Shown piece by piece: positions 28,401 through 37,819 of a stretch of DNA of 64,000 nt. Position 1 is the first letter of the stretch. Each line of letters opens with the position of its first letter. The position numbers were made by a program, and so were the translations under genes. The stretch comes from a virus (lineage: Duplodnaviria; Caudoviricetes), in the IMG/VR virus record IMGVR_UViG_2595698868_000001, positions 160,001 to 224,000 of that record, one strand, 5' to 3'. The notes beneath the pieces are model-generated. The model was given only the letters and a program-made list of their open reading frames with translations. It had not been told where the DNA came from and ran no database searches.

Positions 28401-28858
28401 CGAACGATCGCCTGAAGCGGTCGATCGAATTCGACCTGACCGATGCTCCTATGCTGATGCACGCCATGAGCATCGCGGCCTGCACTGCCATGATGTGCGG
28501 GCAGCCGGGCGCCGACAAGAAGCTGCGCGCCTATAAGGCCGTGTTTCAGGCTTTCGTGCCGCCTGAAGCTGCTGGCTTCGTGGAAGAGCGTTGGGCCGAG
28601 ATGGGCATGGCCTTGATGACGGCTAAGACGTTCCATGTCACGGTTCTGCCCCGTTCGTGGGAAAGCTCAAAGACGTGGTGGTCGGAAGGCTACCTGACCG
28701 TCATCCTCGATGGTAAGCCCTACCACGCTGACCGGGGCGTGAGTCCCTACGTCAAGCGAGGCGATGATGCCGCGCCTCAGGCTCTGCATCGCTATCTTCA
28801 AGATATCGCGCCGATGGATTGCATCGGTACCTGGGACAATGGAAGGGTCCAAGAATGA
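28397..28858 (+). CDS. hypothetical protein
   Basis: ATGA overlap. Confidence 0.7.
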   Translation: MTNDRLKRSIEFDLTDAPMLMHAMSIAACTAMMCGQPGADKKLRAYKAVFQAFVPPEAAGFVEERWAEMGMALMTAKTFHVTVLPRSWESSKTWWSEGYLTVILDGKPYHADRGVSPYVKRGDDAAPQALHRYLQDIAPMDCIGTWDNGRVQE

Positions 28859-29151
28859 GCGTCGGCCGTATCGCCTCTTACATCCACAGCGACAAGATCA
28901 CGCCGAACAAGGGCGCAGCCGTCATCAAGGTGACGTGTCAAACCGACTTCGCCGCCAAGACCGACGAGTTCATCGCGTTCGCAGACAAGGCCGCGAAGTT
29001 CAGCTTCGCCTCGCTGGTCGTCGCCAACGAAGTCTCGGACTGGTCTCAGGTCATCGAGAGCTTCCCGGACCTGGAAGAGGAACGAGAGGCCCTCAGTAAG
29101 AAGCTCAAGGAAGTGGTCACGGTCGAAGAGATCGTGATCCTCACGCTGTGA
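28855..29151 (+). CDS. hypothetical protein
   Basis: ATGA overlap. Confidence 0.7.
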   Translation: MSVGRIASYIHSDKITPNKGAAVIKVTCQTDFAAKTDEFIAFADKAAKFSFASLVVANEVSDWSQVIESFPDLEEEREALSKKLKEVVTVEEIVILTL

Positions 29152-29273
29152 ACCGGTTCAAGGGCGCCTGGACGTCTTTGCGCCTCGGCCCGCTGCTTAT
29201 CCAGCGGGTCGATGGCCGCTTCCAATGGCGTCTATCGTCCTCCGCTCGCTGGCGGTCGCTCTGGTTCTAAGAG

Positions 29274-29319
29274 TTGACAGCCGGCGCATAGCCCACTAAG
29301 CGTGTCAGTCTAGACCACA
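29274..29319 (+). promoter_or_regulatory. class A promoter with degenerate 17-bp operator (29303-29319)
   Basis: AAGAG-TTGACA-17bp-TAAGCG; TGTCAGTCTAGACCACA. Confidence 0.75.
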
Positions 29320-29331
29320 TCGGAGGGCCGT

Positions 29332-29982
29332 ATGACCAAACACGCCGACAAACGCTCCGTCCATACGGACGCTCTCGAAACCCTCGGCACGATCATCGGT
29401 CCCGAGGAAAAGCGCGACGCTATTCACATCGCCGTCGAGAACGTGGTCGCCGCCGGCATCCTGCGCCCTGGTGAAGACGTCGGCTTCCTGCCCGACGGCA
29501 CCGTCTCTTCGAAGGCGGCGAAGCTGGTCGGCATCGTCGATCCCTTCCTGAAAGACTATGTCGAGAAGGGTCAGCGTTTCTGGCTGTTAGTCTATCCGCG
29601 TCAGATCAAGTCGCTGCGTCACGTCTGGACCCATCCGGATTTCCCTGATGAGCCCCAAGCGGTCGCTCAGCCTGTTCGCGTTTCGCGCGCCAGGACGGTA
29701 CCGGCGCCGCCTCCTCCGCCTCCTCCGGAACCCGAGCCTAATCCGGAACCTGTTTCTGGACGAGAATGGATCGAGCAGTTTGCCGATCGCATCGGCCAAA
29801 CGTACGACGACCTGATGGAGGCTGCTGATCGTTGGGCGAAGCACGGCAGCTACACCTACGATAACGCCGAGGGCTATAAGAGCCATTGGGACGAGTTCCA
29901 GGAATTCTGGACCCACTGGTCCCTGGTTACCGGCCGTGAAAAGCCCGAGGACGACTCCAGCTTCTTCACCTGCTCGTGCTGA
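29332..29982 (+). CDS. hypothetical phage protein with Pro-rich linker
   Basis: RDAIHIAV, GIVDPFL, FWLLVYP..I.SLRHVWTHP, ends FTCSC. Confidence 0.85.
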   Translation: MTKHADKRSVHTDALETLGTIIGPEEKRDAIHIAVENVVAAGILRPGEDVGFLPDGTVSSKAAKLVGIVDPFLKDYVEKGQRFWLLVYPRQIKSLRHVWTHPDFPDEPQAVAQPVRVSRARTVPAPPPPPPPEPEPNPEPVSGREWIEQFADRIGQTYDDLMEAADRWAKHGSYTYDNAEGYKSHWDEFQEFWTHWSLVTGREKPEDDSSFFTCSC

Positions 29983-29984
29983 TC

Positions 29985-30548
29985 ATGAACAACTACGGCA
30001 CAGGTTTCGCGGGCTTCCAGACCTGCATCGATATCGTCACCGAGGGCATGGGCGGCGCGCCTTACACGCGGCGCGCCGTGGCTTCGGTATTCAAGCAGTT
30101 CCTCACCTGGGAAATGGACAAGAAGCCGCGCGTGGATTTCCGCGCCCCTGACTGGACCGAAACGACCGATGAGGCCTTCGACGCCGCCTGTCTCAAGGGC
30201 ATGGCGTATTTCGAACGCAACGACCCGGCGCCCGTCTTGGCGACCGCGATCTGGAACGGTCTGCAACTTCAGTTGCGCGCCGATGATTGCAGCCTGCACG
30301 GAACGATCTATGGCATGGGCGTCGGTCTCGTGGGTGCGCCCACCAGTACCTATGACTCCCGCAAGCGGACCTCCATCCTGAAGTGGTCGCCGGGGCTGAT
30401 CGACACCGGCTGCCTCGTGGTGCATGGCAGCGAATACAGCCGCGACGGCAATAAAAGCGTCTCGGTTCAATCAGCAGAAGCCGCCACCACGGCGCTACGG
30501 AAGTTGGTCGAGCGCCATTTCAAGGTCACGTTCGAGGACGTCGCATGA
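29985..30548 (+). CDS. hypothetical protein
   Basis: tiled ORF. Confidence 0.7.
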   Translation: MNNYGTGFAGFQTCIDIVTEGMGGAPYTRRAVASVFKQFLTWEMDKKPRVDFRAPDWTETTDEAFDAACLKGMAYFERNDPAPVLATAIWNGLQLQLRADDCSLHGTIYGMGVGLVGAPTSTYDSRKRTSILKWSPGLIDTGCLVVHGSEYSRDGNKSVSVQSAEAATTALRKLVERHFKVTFEDVA

Positions 30549-31018
30549 AGACCCGTCGTCCCCTGAAAGGTCTCGCCGACATCAAGGCAGCCGCGCGCCT
30601 GTCGCGTACCTATCCCATCACTCCGCCGCGATCCTCAGATCGCGTGGCGCGCGAGGCTGCGGCGCGCCGCAAACGTGAAGTCGAAACTTGGCTTCGCGAG
30701 GCTGAGGAGAAGGCAGCCGCCCGCGAACTCGCCGCGACAACGTCGCCACTCACGGCGCGGGCGGCCGAGGTCGGCTATCGCGGACCAAACATGCCCGACA
30801 AGGGCAAGCGCGACGGCTCCTGCAACGTCACGGCCTGCCAGATGCCGCTGCTCGGCAAGCCGCAGTTCATCATGCGGGAGCCCTGGTGCGCCGGCGAACT
30901 CTACTACTGCAAGCGCTGCAACGACGGCTTCCGCCGGTGGGACGAGATCGATCGTCCCGGCACCTATCGCTGCGAGCCCGATCCGCGCAATGCGGACCTG
31001 GAGGATGAGTTCGCCTGA
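30545..31018 (+). CDS. hypothetical Cys-rich protein
   Basis: KG..DGSCNVTACQ..YYCKRC. Confidence 0.75.
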   Translation: MKTRRPLKGLADIKAAARLSRTYPITPPRSSDRVAREAAARRKREVETWLREAEEKAAARELAATTSPLTARAAEVGYRGPNMPDKGKRDGSCNVTACQMPLLGKPQFIMREPWCAGELYYCKRCNDGFRRWDEIDRPGTYRCEPDPRNADLEDEFA

Positions 31019-31782
31019 TGGGGCGCGGCATCCATACGCACCTTGAGGTCGGTCGCGAGACCCAGCCGGTGAACGAAGGGCTATTTGAACAGCCCAAAGA
31101 GGACCGTTGGGTCGATCGCGAGTTCGTCCTGACGAAGTGCAATGACCGGCTCCGCGCGGACTACCGCTGGTATCGGACTACGACTAAAGAGTCGCATGTT
31201 GATTGCCCGAAGTGCCTCACGAAGCTCTCGAAAGAACGTCTTAAGGCTCGCGTGGGCGGTCCCCGCCTGCGCCTGGAGAAGAGCGAAGAGCGCATCTTCG
31301 CGGCCCGCCATGGAACGACCAACGCCGTCTACGTCGATGACGTCCTGGTCGGCTACGTCGCCAAGGCGGATAAACAGTGGCGCGTCTATCCCCTCATCCC
31401 CGATGGCGACCAAGTCATCGTTTCCGGACGGCCGCTCGCTGAGGTAGGTACCGCGCCGATCGACTCGTACGGCCGCTATGACCGCGAGGCGTTAGGCTAC
31501 AAGACCAAAGATGACGCGCTCCTGGCCTGCGAGGAACTGCGGAGTTCCCGCCGCTTGAAGGCGGCCGAAGAAGTGATCGCTGATCGCAAGGCGGCGGAAC
31601 AGCGCTGGGAGGATCGTGAGGCCAAGCGTAAGGCAGAAGCCCTGACGGCAGCGCATCGGCGCCGAGAAACGCTAGAGGCGCTTCAGGACATCCTCGCTAC
31701 CCATCCGCTGACCAACTATCAGCGACAGGGTCTCGTCACTGCAATCGAGCATTTCTCAATTCCGGGTGACGACGAGAGTTGA
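31018..31782 (+). CDS. hypothetical protein, paralog of 39978-40643
   Basis: shared VDDVLxGY and ETLExLxxILAxxxLTN(Y/F)xR motifs. Confidence 0.75.
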   Translation: MGRGIHTHLEVGRETQPVNEGLFEQPKEDRWVDREFVLTKCNDRLRADYRWYRTTTKESHVDCPKCLTKLSKERLKARVGGPRLRLEKSEERIFAARHGTTNAVYVDDVLVGYVAKADKQWRVYPLIPDGDQVIVSGRPLAEVGTAPIDSYGRYDREALGYKTKDDALLACEELRSSRRLKAAEEVIADRKAAEQRWEDREAKRKAEALTAAHRRRETLEALQDILATHPLTNYQRQGLVTAIEHFSIPGDDES

Positions 31783-31807
31783 CAGCCGGCCGGCTCCCGC
31801 CTAAGGC
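31779..31807 (+). promoter_or_regulatory. class A promoter
   Basis: GAGAG-TTGACA-17bp-TAAGGC; -35 contains upstream TGA. Confidence 0.8.
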
Positions 31808-31860
31808 TAAGGCTTCTGATTTTGCCACCTCACGTGGCGCACAACAGAGGAGTTTGTCCC

Positions 31861-32286
31861 ATGAAAATTGTGTCTCAGCCCAACGTCGACAGCGAGGGCC
31901 GTCGTCCCGATCCGGTCGACATCCATGTGGGCAAGCGCATCCGCATGCGTCGCAAGACTCTCGGCGTCAGCCAGGAACAACTCGCCAGCGCGCTGGGTCT
32001 GACCTTCCAGCAGGTGCAGAAGTACGAGAAGGGCGGCAATCGCGTCAGCGCGAGCAAGCTGCACGGCATCGGCAAATTCCTGGGCGTTCCGGTCGCCTTT
32101 TTCTTCGAAGGCCTGGAAGAAGCCGCCGACGGTCAAGTCACCACGAACGTCCAGACCCTGTTCGAAGTCGAGGGCGGCGCCGATCTGGCGGCCGACTTCC
32201 TGGCCCTGACGCCGTTCGAGCGTCAGATGATCACCAACCTGACCCGCGACATGTCGGCGCAGCGTCAGCGCGGCAAGGCGGCCTGA
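31861..32286 (+). CDS. XRE-family HTH transcription factor (alphaproteobacterial type)
   Basis: PDPVDIHVGKRIRMRR..GVSQEQLA..LGLTFQQVQKYEKGGNRVSASKL..FFFEGL. Confidence 0.92.
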   Translation: MKIVSQPNVDSEGRRPDPVDIHVGKRIRMRRKTLGVSQEQLASALGLTFQQVQKYEKGGNRVSASKLHGIGKFLGVPVAFFFEGLEEAADGQVTTNVQTLFEVEGGADLAADFLALTPFERQMITNLTRDMSAQRQRGKAA

Positions 32287-32447
32287 TGAACGACCGCGTC
32301 CTGGTCCCTATGTGCCTGCTCGCCGGCGTGCTCGTGATCAACGGCACGCGAGGCGTCGGCTGGATCGCGCATTACGTCATGCCCGGCCTCGCGCTGGGCG
32401 TGGTGTTCTACGTCCTGGTCAAGGTGCTCATGGCGGTGAAGCACTAA
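32286..32447 (+). CDS. small membrane protein
   Basis: two hydrophobic segments, TGATG coupling. Confidence 0.6.
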   Translation: MNDRVLVPMCLLAGVLVINGTRGVGWIAHYVMPGLALGVVFYVLVKVLMAVKH

Positions 32448-32666
32448 TTGAGCACCCCCGTCTCCATCTTCGATTCTGACGACTTGCCCGGCGCTGTCGA
32501 AGGCTACGAGGTTCAGATCGCGCGCCTGCCCAATGGTGAGATTGAGGCCGTCGCCTTTATCGACCACGAACAGGCCGACATGGTCGAAGTTCCGCCGCAG
32601 ATCGCAATCGAGTTCGCGCGAGCGATCTTGGCGGCGGTTCGCGATCCGTCCGCAACCTTGAACTGA
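32448..32666 (+). CDS. hypothetical protein
   Basis: tiled ORF. Confidence 0.65.
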   Translation: MSTPVSIFDSDDLPGAVEGYEVQIARLPNGEIEAVAFIDHEQADMVEVPPQIAIEFARAILAAVRDPSATLN

Positions 32667-32678
32667 GGAGTCTAGCTC

Positions 32679-33155
32679 TTGACCCGCGACGAAGTGCAAC
32701 AAGCCAACAAGCAAGCGGCAACCAACCGCATCATTCGCCTGTCCATCACGGGCGTCGTGCTCGCCCTCCTGGCCGGCGGCGGCATCCTGGTTGGGTGCCC
32801 TGCCGCTAACGTCTATTACAAGCAGATGGACGGTAAGGCCGCCTACGAGAAGGCCGTCCAGGATCGCCGCATCAAGGTGCTGGAAGCCCAGGCTGCGCGC
32901 GATTCCGCCAAGCTCTACGCCGAAGCTGAGATCGAGCGCGCCAAGGGCACCGAGAAGGCCAACGAGATCATGCAGAACGGCCTGGGCGGTCCGGAGAACT
33001 ATCTGCGCTGGTCCTACATCCACATGCTGGAAGAAACCGCCGGCAAGGGCGATCGCCAGATCATCTATATCCCGACCGAGGGCGCCATGCCCGTGATCGA
33101 AGCCGGCCGCGCCGTCACGCCCACGGTCCGCGTCGCCGTTCCTCCGAAGGACTAA
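32679..33155 (+). CDS. membrane protein with SPFH/band-7-like coiled-coil tail
   Basis: TM helix; AEAEIERAKG..KANEI..L..ENYLRW..IIYIPTE. Confidence 0.7.
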   Translation: MTRDEVQQANKQAATNRIIRLSITGVVLALLAGGGILVGCPAANVYYKQMDGKAAYEKAVQDRRIKVLEAQAARDSAKLYAEAEIERAKGTEKANEIMQNGLGGPENYLRWSYIHMLEETAGKGDRQIIYIPTEGAMPVIEAGRAVTPTVRVAVPPKD

Positions 33156-33158
33156 GCC

Positions 33159-33701
33159 ATGTCGCCCGAAGACCGCAGTTTTACGATCGCGTGGTGGGAA
33201 CGGCTCCTCGCCGATGACGAGAAGATGGTCCGGTGGCTCCAAAAGCTGCAAGCCACCGAGTTTTCGGGCTACCAGGACAATCGTGACGCCGCCGCTCGTT
33301 GGGGCGGCGGCAATATCGCCGTCGAGAACGTCTTCATCCAGACCGGGGACGACGAGATGCGGCACAGCGATCTTCTCATCACCCTTTTGAGGGGACGAGG
33401 CGCATGGCCGGTCGAGACGCCGCCTCCAGAGTCCGCCTATTGGTTGGAGATGGAAGCGGTCACCGACAGCCTCGAAGCCTGCGCCGCTGTCTTTCACCTG
33501 GGCGAACGTTTGGCGACCGACCGCTTTTCGGTGATGTACAACCACGTCGACACGCCAGACGACATTCTGCTGTTCCTCGGTCACGCCTTGCCTGACGAGC
33601 GCCATCACGCTCGCGTCTTCCGTAAGCTGACCAGCGACGCCACTCTCGCCCGCATCACGCTGGCGCATAACGAGGCTGTCGAGCGCTTGAAGGGCTCTTG
33701 A
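33159..33701 (+). CDS. ferritin-like diiron protein
   Basis: TE..., DEMRH, GE, DERHH (two ExxH motifs). Confidence 0.75.
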   Translation: MSPEDRSFTIAWWERLLADDEKMVRWLQKLQATEFSGYQDNRDAAARWGGGNIAVENVFIQTGDDEMRHSDLLITLLRGRGAWPVETPPPESAYWLEMEAVTDSLEACAAVFHLGERLATDRFSVMYNHVDTPDDILLFLGHALPDERHHARVFRKLTSDATLARITLAHNEAVERLKGS

Positions 33702-33726
33702 CGTCAGGAGGTTGTTTCTTTACAAC
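33698..33726 (+). promoter_or_regulatory. class B promoter
   Basis: TTGACG..GTTTCTTTACA, GACGATC, AAGGAG; -35 contains upstream TGA. Confidence 0.82.
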
Positions 33727-33753
33727 CGACCATGACGATCTTAAGGAGACCCT

Positions 33754-33954
33754 ATGGCTGAACTGCGCCCGACTAGCTGGACCTTCTCGACTTCGAATGA
33801 CGAGATGGTGTTGATCCTCAAGGCTTTGGGCGGTCGTCTGACCCCCAAGGAAGCTGAGAAGGCGAAAGCTCTCGGCGATCAATTGACGCGTCAGCGTGCG
33901 CGGCAATTGGAAATCACGATCTCTCAGTTGCGGGAGGCCGTGGGCGATGCCTGA
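33754..33954 (+). CDS. hypothetical protein
   Basis: strong RBS after promoter. Confidence 0.75.
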   Translation: MAELRPTSWTFSTSNDEMVLILKALGGRLTPKEAEKAKALGDQLTRQRARQLEITISQLREAVGDA

Positions 33955-34753
33955 GATCACCTTTGTCGATAAGGAAAACGCTGACGGTTTGATCGCCGGC
34001 TCGCAGTATAACTCCAGCGTGCGCATCATGGCACGCTCTCCTTCGGGCGTCGTCTTCAACGCCCTGGGGGTTCGCTATTGGAACCGCAAAGACGGCTCCA
34101 GCTTCCAGGACGTCAAGATCGTAGTGAGAGATCGCCCCACCAAGGCGGGCTTCGTCGCGGCCCGCGACGCGATCGACCGCTTCATGGGCGCCGGTGTCGG
34201 CGATGCCGTGATCCAGGCCTGGAAGGAAGGTAAGACCGTATTGGTCGACGGCGGCGGCGAGAAGCTGCGTCTCCCGCGCACCGAGCAGCGCATCATCGAC
34301 GCCCAAGCTTTGGCGGCAGTTTCGATCAACAAGTCGATCTCGATCGAGGATCGGGTACCGACGTGCAAGCAGTGTGCAAAGCCTCTGCAACCGAAATTTA
34401 CGGTCCATCGGATGGGTAGAGACATCCTGCCGGATCATCCTCGCTCGTGGGAAGACTGCCAACGCATGTCGAACTTCGAGGTGGTCGCGATCCGAGGTTA
34501 TAAAGTAACCGAAGGGCCTAAGGTCGGTTTCGTGGAGTCGTTCGACACCTGGGACGGCCAGAGCACTTTCGACCCACACTTCTGCGGCGATACCTGCGCG
34601 GCGAGCTACGGGCGGCGCGCGGCGGAAGCGCATCCACCTCTCGGCCCGAGCGATCCTGTCCCGAAACCCGGCTGGCGTCATGACTCTGTTGATCACTTCG
34701 AGCCCGCGCCTGCGCGAGAGATGATCCTGGACGGAAAGGTGTTCAAATTTTGA
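33947..34753 (+). CDS. hypothetical protein, C-terminal domain paralogous to 17140-17493
   Basis: GGAGG RBS; CKQC..WDGQSTFDPHFC. Confidence 0.75.
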   Translation: MPEITFVDKENADGLIAGSQYNSSVRIMARSPSGVVFNALGVRYWNRKDGSSFQDVKIVVRDRPTKAGFVAARDAIDRFMGAGVGDAVIQAWKEGKTVLVDGGGEKLRLPRTEQRIIDAQALAAVSINKSISIEDRVPTCKQCAKPLQPKFTVHRMGRDILPDHPRSWEDCQRMSNFEVVAIRGYKVTEGPKVGFVESFDTWDGQSTFDPHFCGDTCAASYGRRAAEAHPPLGPSDPVPKPGWRHDSVDHFEPAPAREMILDGKVFKF

Positions 34754-35031
34754 TCCAGATCAAGCCTTCGGACACCGTGATCCATGTCAATCGCGGCCAA
34801 ATCGACAGCAATCGCATCGCCCTGAAGGCCGATCCAGCCGCCGAGGCCAAGCCGGTTCTGAAGGCACAGAAGGGTAAGACGGGCAAGAGCGACTACGGGA
34901 ATGCGATCGACGTCCTCGATGCCAATGGCGAGGTCGTGGGGACGTTCGTTTATGATCCAGCCGGCATTCTGGCATGCGGCGCCAAAGCCGTTTTCATCGC
35001 CAAGTACGGAGCGCGCGTACGTCATGACTGA
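34750..35031 (+). CDS. hypothetical phage protein
   Basis: IHVNR..I..N..K; LACGAK. Confidence 0.7.
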   Translation: MIQIKPSDTVIHVNRGQIDSNRIALKADPAAEAKPVLKAQKGKTGKSDYGNAIDVLDANGEVVGTFVYDPAGILACGAKAVFIAKYGARVRHD

Positions 35032-35290
35032 TGCACCATCGGCGCGCATGTTGATCGCTCAGGCCTATGCACGCCAGTTCGGTACCCAGGTCGAGCGGGT
35101 GCCGCATGATCGGCGACATCCCGCCGGCAAGCGATTTTACCGCATCAACACCCGAGGCTTTGTGATCGAGGTCCACGCGCCAACCTATATCGTCGTCGCC
35201 CAGGTCGTTTGCCGCTCGAAGGCAGAAGCCGATGAGTCTATCAACATTCTCTTGGGCCAAAGAGTTGACAGACGGCAACGCACGGGCTAG
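35024..35290 (+). CDS. hypothetical protein
   Basis: tiled ORF reading into promoter. Confidence 0.55.
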   Translation: MTDAPSARMLIAQAYARQFGTQVERVPHDRRHPAGKRFYRINTRGFVIEVHAPTYIVVAQVVCRSKAEADESINILLGQRVDRRQRTG

Positions 35291-35293
35291 TAG
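35265..35293 (+). promoter_or_regulatory. class A promoter
   Basis: AAGAG-TTGACA-17bp-TAGTAG, GACGATC, GGAGG. Confidence 0.8.
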
Positions 35294-35321
35294 CATCTCC
35301 GACGATCACACGGAGGCAATC

Positions 35322-36032
35322 ATGTCCAAAACCATCTACACCTACATCGTGGAAGGCCCCAAGTACGGCGAATTTCCGCTGGACATGCTCCGCCGCGATC
35401 AATCCCAGGCGGCTACCGCCGCTGATCAAGCCCTGATCGATCGCCTCGCGGCCTTCGGCGTCGACAAGAAAGACCTGCCCAAGCGCGTCCGCGTCAAGCT
35501 GACCATGTCCAGCGACCGCTATCCGCCCAATGTCGAACGCTGGGAATCGTTCGGCTGGCAGGTCATCGCCAGCAATCACCCACGCAACTACGGCCTGCCG
35601 TTCACCATGGACGAGATCGCCGAGCAGGAACGCTCCGGCGAGGTCCCGGCGGCGCCCGTGAAGAAGTCGCGGCGCGAGACGCTGCGCGACCTCAAGGATG
35701 CCGTCGTCCGCCTGGAACCCTACGTCTACATGGCGAAGCCGACCTTCCAGGCCATTCGTGAGGCTTATGAAGCCTGTGAGTACGATCCCGAAGAGCGCCA
35801 GCATGCCTTGGGGATGCTCGACGGCGTCCGCACCGTGCTGAAGACGGGCAAGACCGCCGGCTTCATCGACGGCGCCGATGTTCGTGTGCTGATCACCGCG
35901 CTCGATCTGGCCTACGACCTGCTCACCTACCAGGACACCGACTACATCCGCAGTTTCCTCGGCGATCGCCCCGACACGGTCCTGGCCGACCTGAAGAAGC
36001 TGCTCACGATGTTCAAGGGGATCGCCGCATGA
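35322..36032 (+). CDS. hypothetical protein
   Basis: FPLDMLRRD..RWESFGWQV motif; GGAGG RBS. Confidence 0.82.
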   Translation: MSKTIYTYIVEGPKYGEFPLDMLRRDQSQAATAADQALIDRLAAFGVDKKDLPKRVRVKLTMSSDRYPPNVERWESFGWQVIASNHPRNYGLPFTMDEIAEQERSGEVPAAPVKKSRRETLRDLKDAVVRLEPYVYMAKPTFQAIREAYEACEYDPEERQHALGMLDGVRTVLKTGKTAGFIDGADVRVLITALDLAYDLLTYQDTDYIRSFLGDRPDTVLADLKKLLTMFKGIAA

Positions 36033-36292
36033 GCCGGTACGACTACCTCACCATCAACAAGCGCGACGCCGACTGCTACGACGTCACCGACGGCGATCGC
36101 CGCGTCGCGGCCCTGCGCTCGGCCTTCACGGAGGACGAGAAGGGTAAGCGCACCATGATCCCTGGTACGTGGCGCATTCGCTGGGAAGGTCCGGACTTCA
36201 GGCACGACGCCGGGCTGATCGTGCTTGAAGCTCTGCGCTTCAATACCGCCCATGAGGCGTTCGCGTTCTTCTGCGGGCAGTGCCTGAAATGA
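36029..36292 (+). CDS. hypothetical protein
   Basis: ATGA overlap. Confidence 0.7.
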   Translation: MSRYDYLTINKRDADCYDVTDGDRRVAALRSAFTEDEKGKRTMIPGTWRIRWEGPDFRHDAGLIVLEALRFNTAHEAFAFFCGQCLK

Positions 36293-36558
36293 AGTACGTC
36301 TGGACCGCCCCTGAGGGCCTGCACCAAGTCGCCTATTCGGTGGCCGAACGCCCTGACCTACACCGGGACATCAGTGCGCCGTTCGAGAGCACCATGGCTC
36401 AACACGTCAGCGATTTCCTGACGCCCGAGGGTAGTGGAATCCTGAAGGCGCTCCACTCCCTGGATTCCCGCGTCACCACCCTGACATTCGCCGACGCCCG
36501 CAGCGCCATTCGTTTCGTCGAACACTTCGCGCCGGCGAAGTTCGTGCTGGAGGGCTGA
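36289..36558 (+). CDS. hypothetical protein
   Basis: ATGA overlap. Confidence 0.65.
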   Translation: MKYVWTAPEGLHQVAYSVAERPDLHRDISAPFESTMAQHVSDFLTPEGSGILKALHSLDSRVTTLTFADARSAIRFVEHFAPAKFVLEG

Positions 36559-36560
36559 GC

Positions 36561-36953
36561 ATGGAAAGCAAGCCATACGTTCCACTCGCCGACGTCCTGC
36601 ACCGCCTGAAGATCGCGCATCTCTACGGCAACGAGACGGTGCAGGTCTCGACCGCCGATCTCGGCCGCGCTGTCGAGGCCCTGGAGACCGCGTACGGTCA
36701 GGGGTCCTATGAAGTTGGTAACTGCTTGCGTGGTTACCACCACGGCACGTTCACGAGCGCGGACGAGGCCTGGGAGGCGCTCTCCGAACGGTTTAACCGG
36801 TCCTATCCTTCGCGTGAAGGACGGCAGGTAGAGATGCGCCGCTCGATCCATCTCGGCTTCACGGCTGGCGGCAACGAGACCGAAAGGGATCGTCTTCTGC
36901 GTGAAAAGTTGGCTGAGGTGCTCAAAAAAGAGAAAGCCGAAACTAGCGCTTGA
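36561..36953 (+). CDS. hypothetical protein
   Basis: GGAGG RBS; stop in next promoter. Confidence 0.7.
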   Translation: MESKPYVPLADVLHRLKIAHLYGNETVQVSTADLGRAVEALETAYGQGSYEVGNCLRGYHHGTFTSADEAWEALSERFNRSYPSREGRQVEMRRSIHLGFTAGGNETERDRLLREKLAEVLKKEKAETSA

Positions 36954-36978
36954 CGAGGTCCGGGAGTTTCTTTACATC
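36950..36978 (+). promoter_or_regulatory. class B promoter
   Basis: TTGACG..GTTTCTTTACA, GACGATC, GAGGAGG. Confidence 0.82.
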
Positions 36979-37007
36979 CTCGTTCGACGATCACTGAGGA
37001 GGTCCCG

Positions 37008-37532
37008 ATGACCGATTTCAATTCGCGCGTTCCGGAAGGCCAACTGATGCCACGCCCGTGGTTCCGCGCCAACAACACCGCTGGACCGCTCTTCGGCATC
37101 TACAAGGCCGGCAATGGCTGGGCACGCTCCGCGCCGCTGACTGAAGGCGAGCGCATGCTGGGTGATTTCGTGCTGCCCTGGTTCCAACGTCCGCCCGTCT
37201 GGACCCTGGACCAGAAGGTCCGCCTGATCGAATCGATCTGGAACGGCCTGCCCATCGGGGCCTACGTGGTCAATCGCGTCCTGAACAGTCCGTACGACAA
37301 CTGGCTGCTAGACGGTCAACAGCGGATCACCGCGATCCTGGAATACGTCGCTGACGCGTTCCCGGTCATGGGCTATCGCTTCAGCGAACTCACCGTAACC
37401 GATCAACGCCAGTTCGCGATGATCCCGATGTCTTGCCTGGAAACCCAGATCACCGATCTGGCGGAACTGGAGGAGGTCTACAACCGGCTGGCCTATGGCG
37501 GTACGGCCCACGAGCCGAAGGTGGTCGCGTGA
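37008..37532 (+). CDS. stand-alone DUF262 (GmrSD N-terminal / ParB-like) protein
   Basis: LPWFQRPPVW, LIESIWNGLPIG, LLDGQQRITAI, EVYNRL. Confidence 0.85.
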   Translation: MTDFNSRVPEGQLMPRPWFRANNTAGPLFGIYKAGNGWARSAPLTEGERMLGDFVLPWFQRPPVWTLDQKVRLIESIWNGLPIGAYVVNRVLNSPYDNWLLDGQQRITAILEYVADAFPVMGYRFSELTVTDQRQFAMIPMSCLETQITDLAELEEVYNRLAYGGTAHEPKVVA

Positions 37533-37819
37533 TGGAAGCTCGGATCGAACGCGTCCCCGCCCGCTACGACACCTATACCTCCCGTCTCGTGACGCGTGAT
37601 GGTGAGCACGTCACCGACGGCGGCCTCGTCGTCATCAACGGTGTGGACCGCCAAGGCAATCCGCTGGAGGACAACGGCTGCATCGGGGTGCTGGACATCC
37701 AACCCGGCTACCAGACCCTGAACATCAAGCTGGGCTGCGTCCATGTCCGGGTCAATCCGGATCAAGTGCGCGCGCTGAAGCTCGGCGAACGCGTCGCCAG
37801 CCCGGAAGGAGGTCGCTGA
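37532..37819 (+). CDS. hypothetical protein
   Basis: TGATG coupling. Confidence 0.7.
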   Translation: MEARIERVPARYDTYTSRLVTRDGEHVTDGGLVVINGVDRQGNPLEDNGCIGVLDIQPGYQTLNIKLGCVHVRVNPDQVRALKLGERVASPEGGR

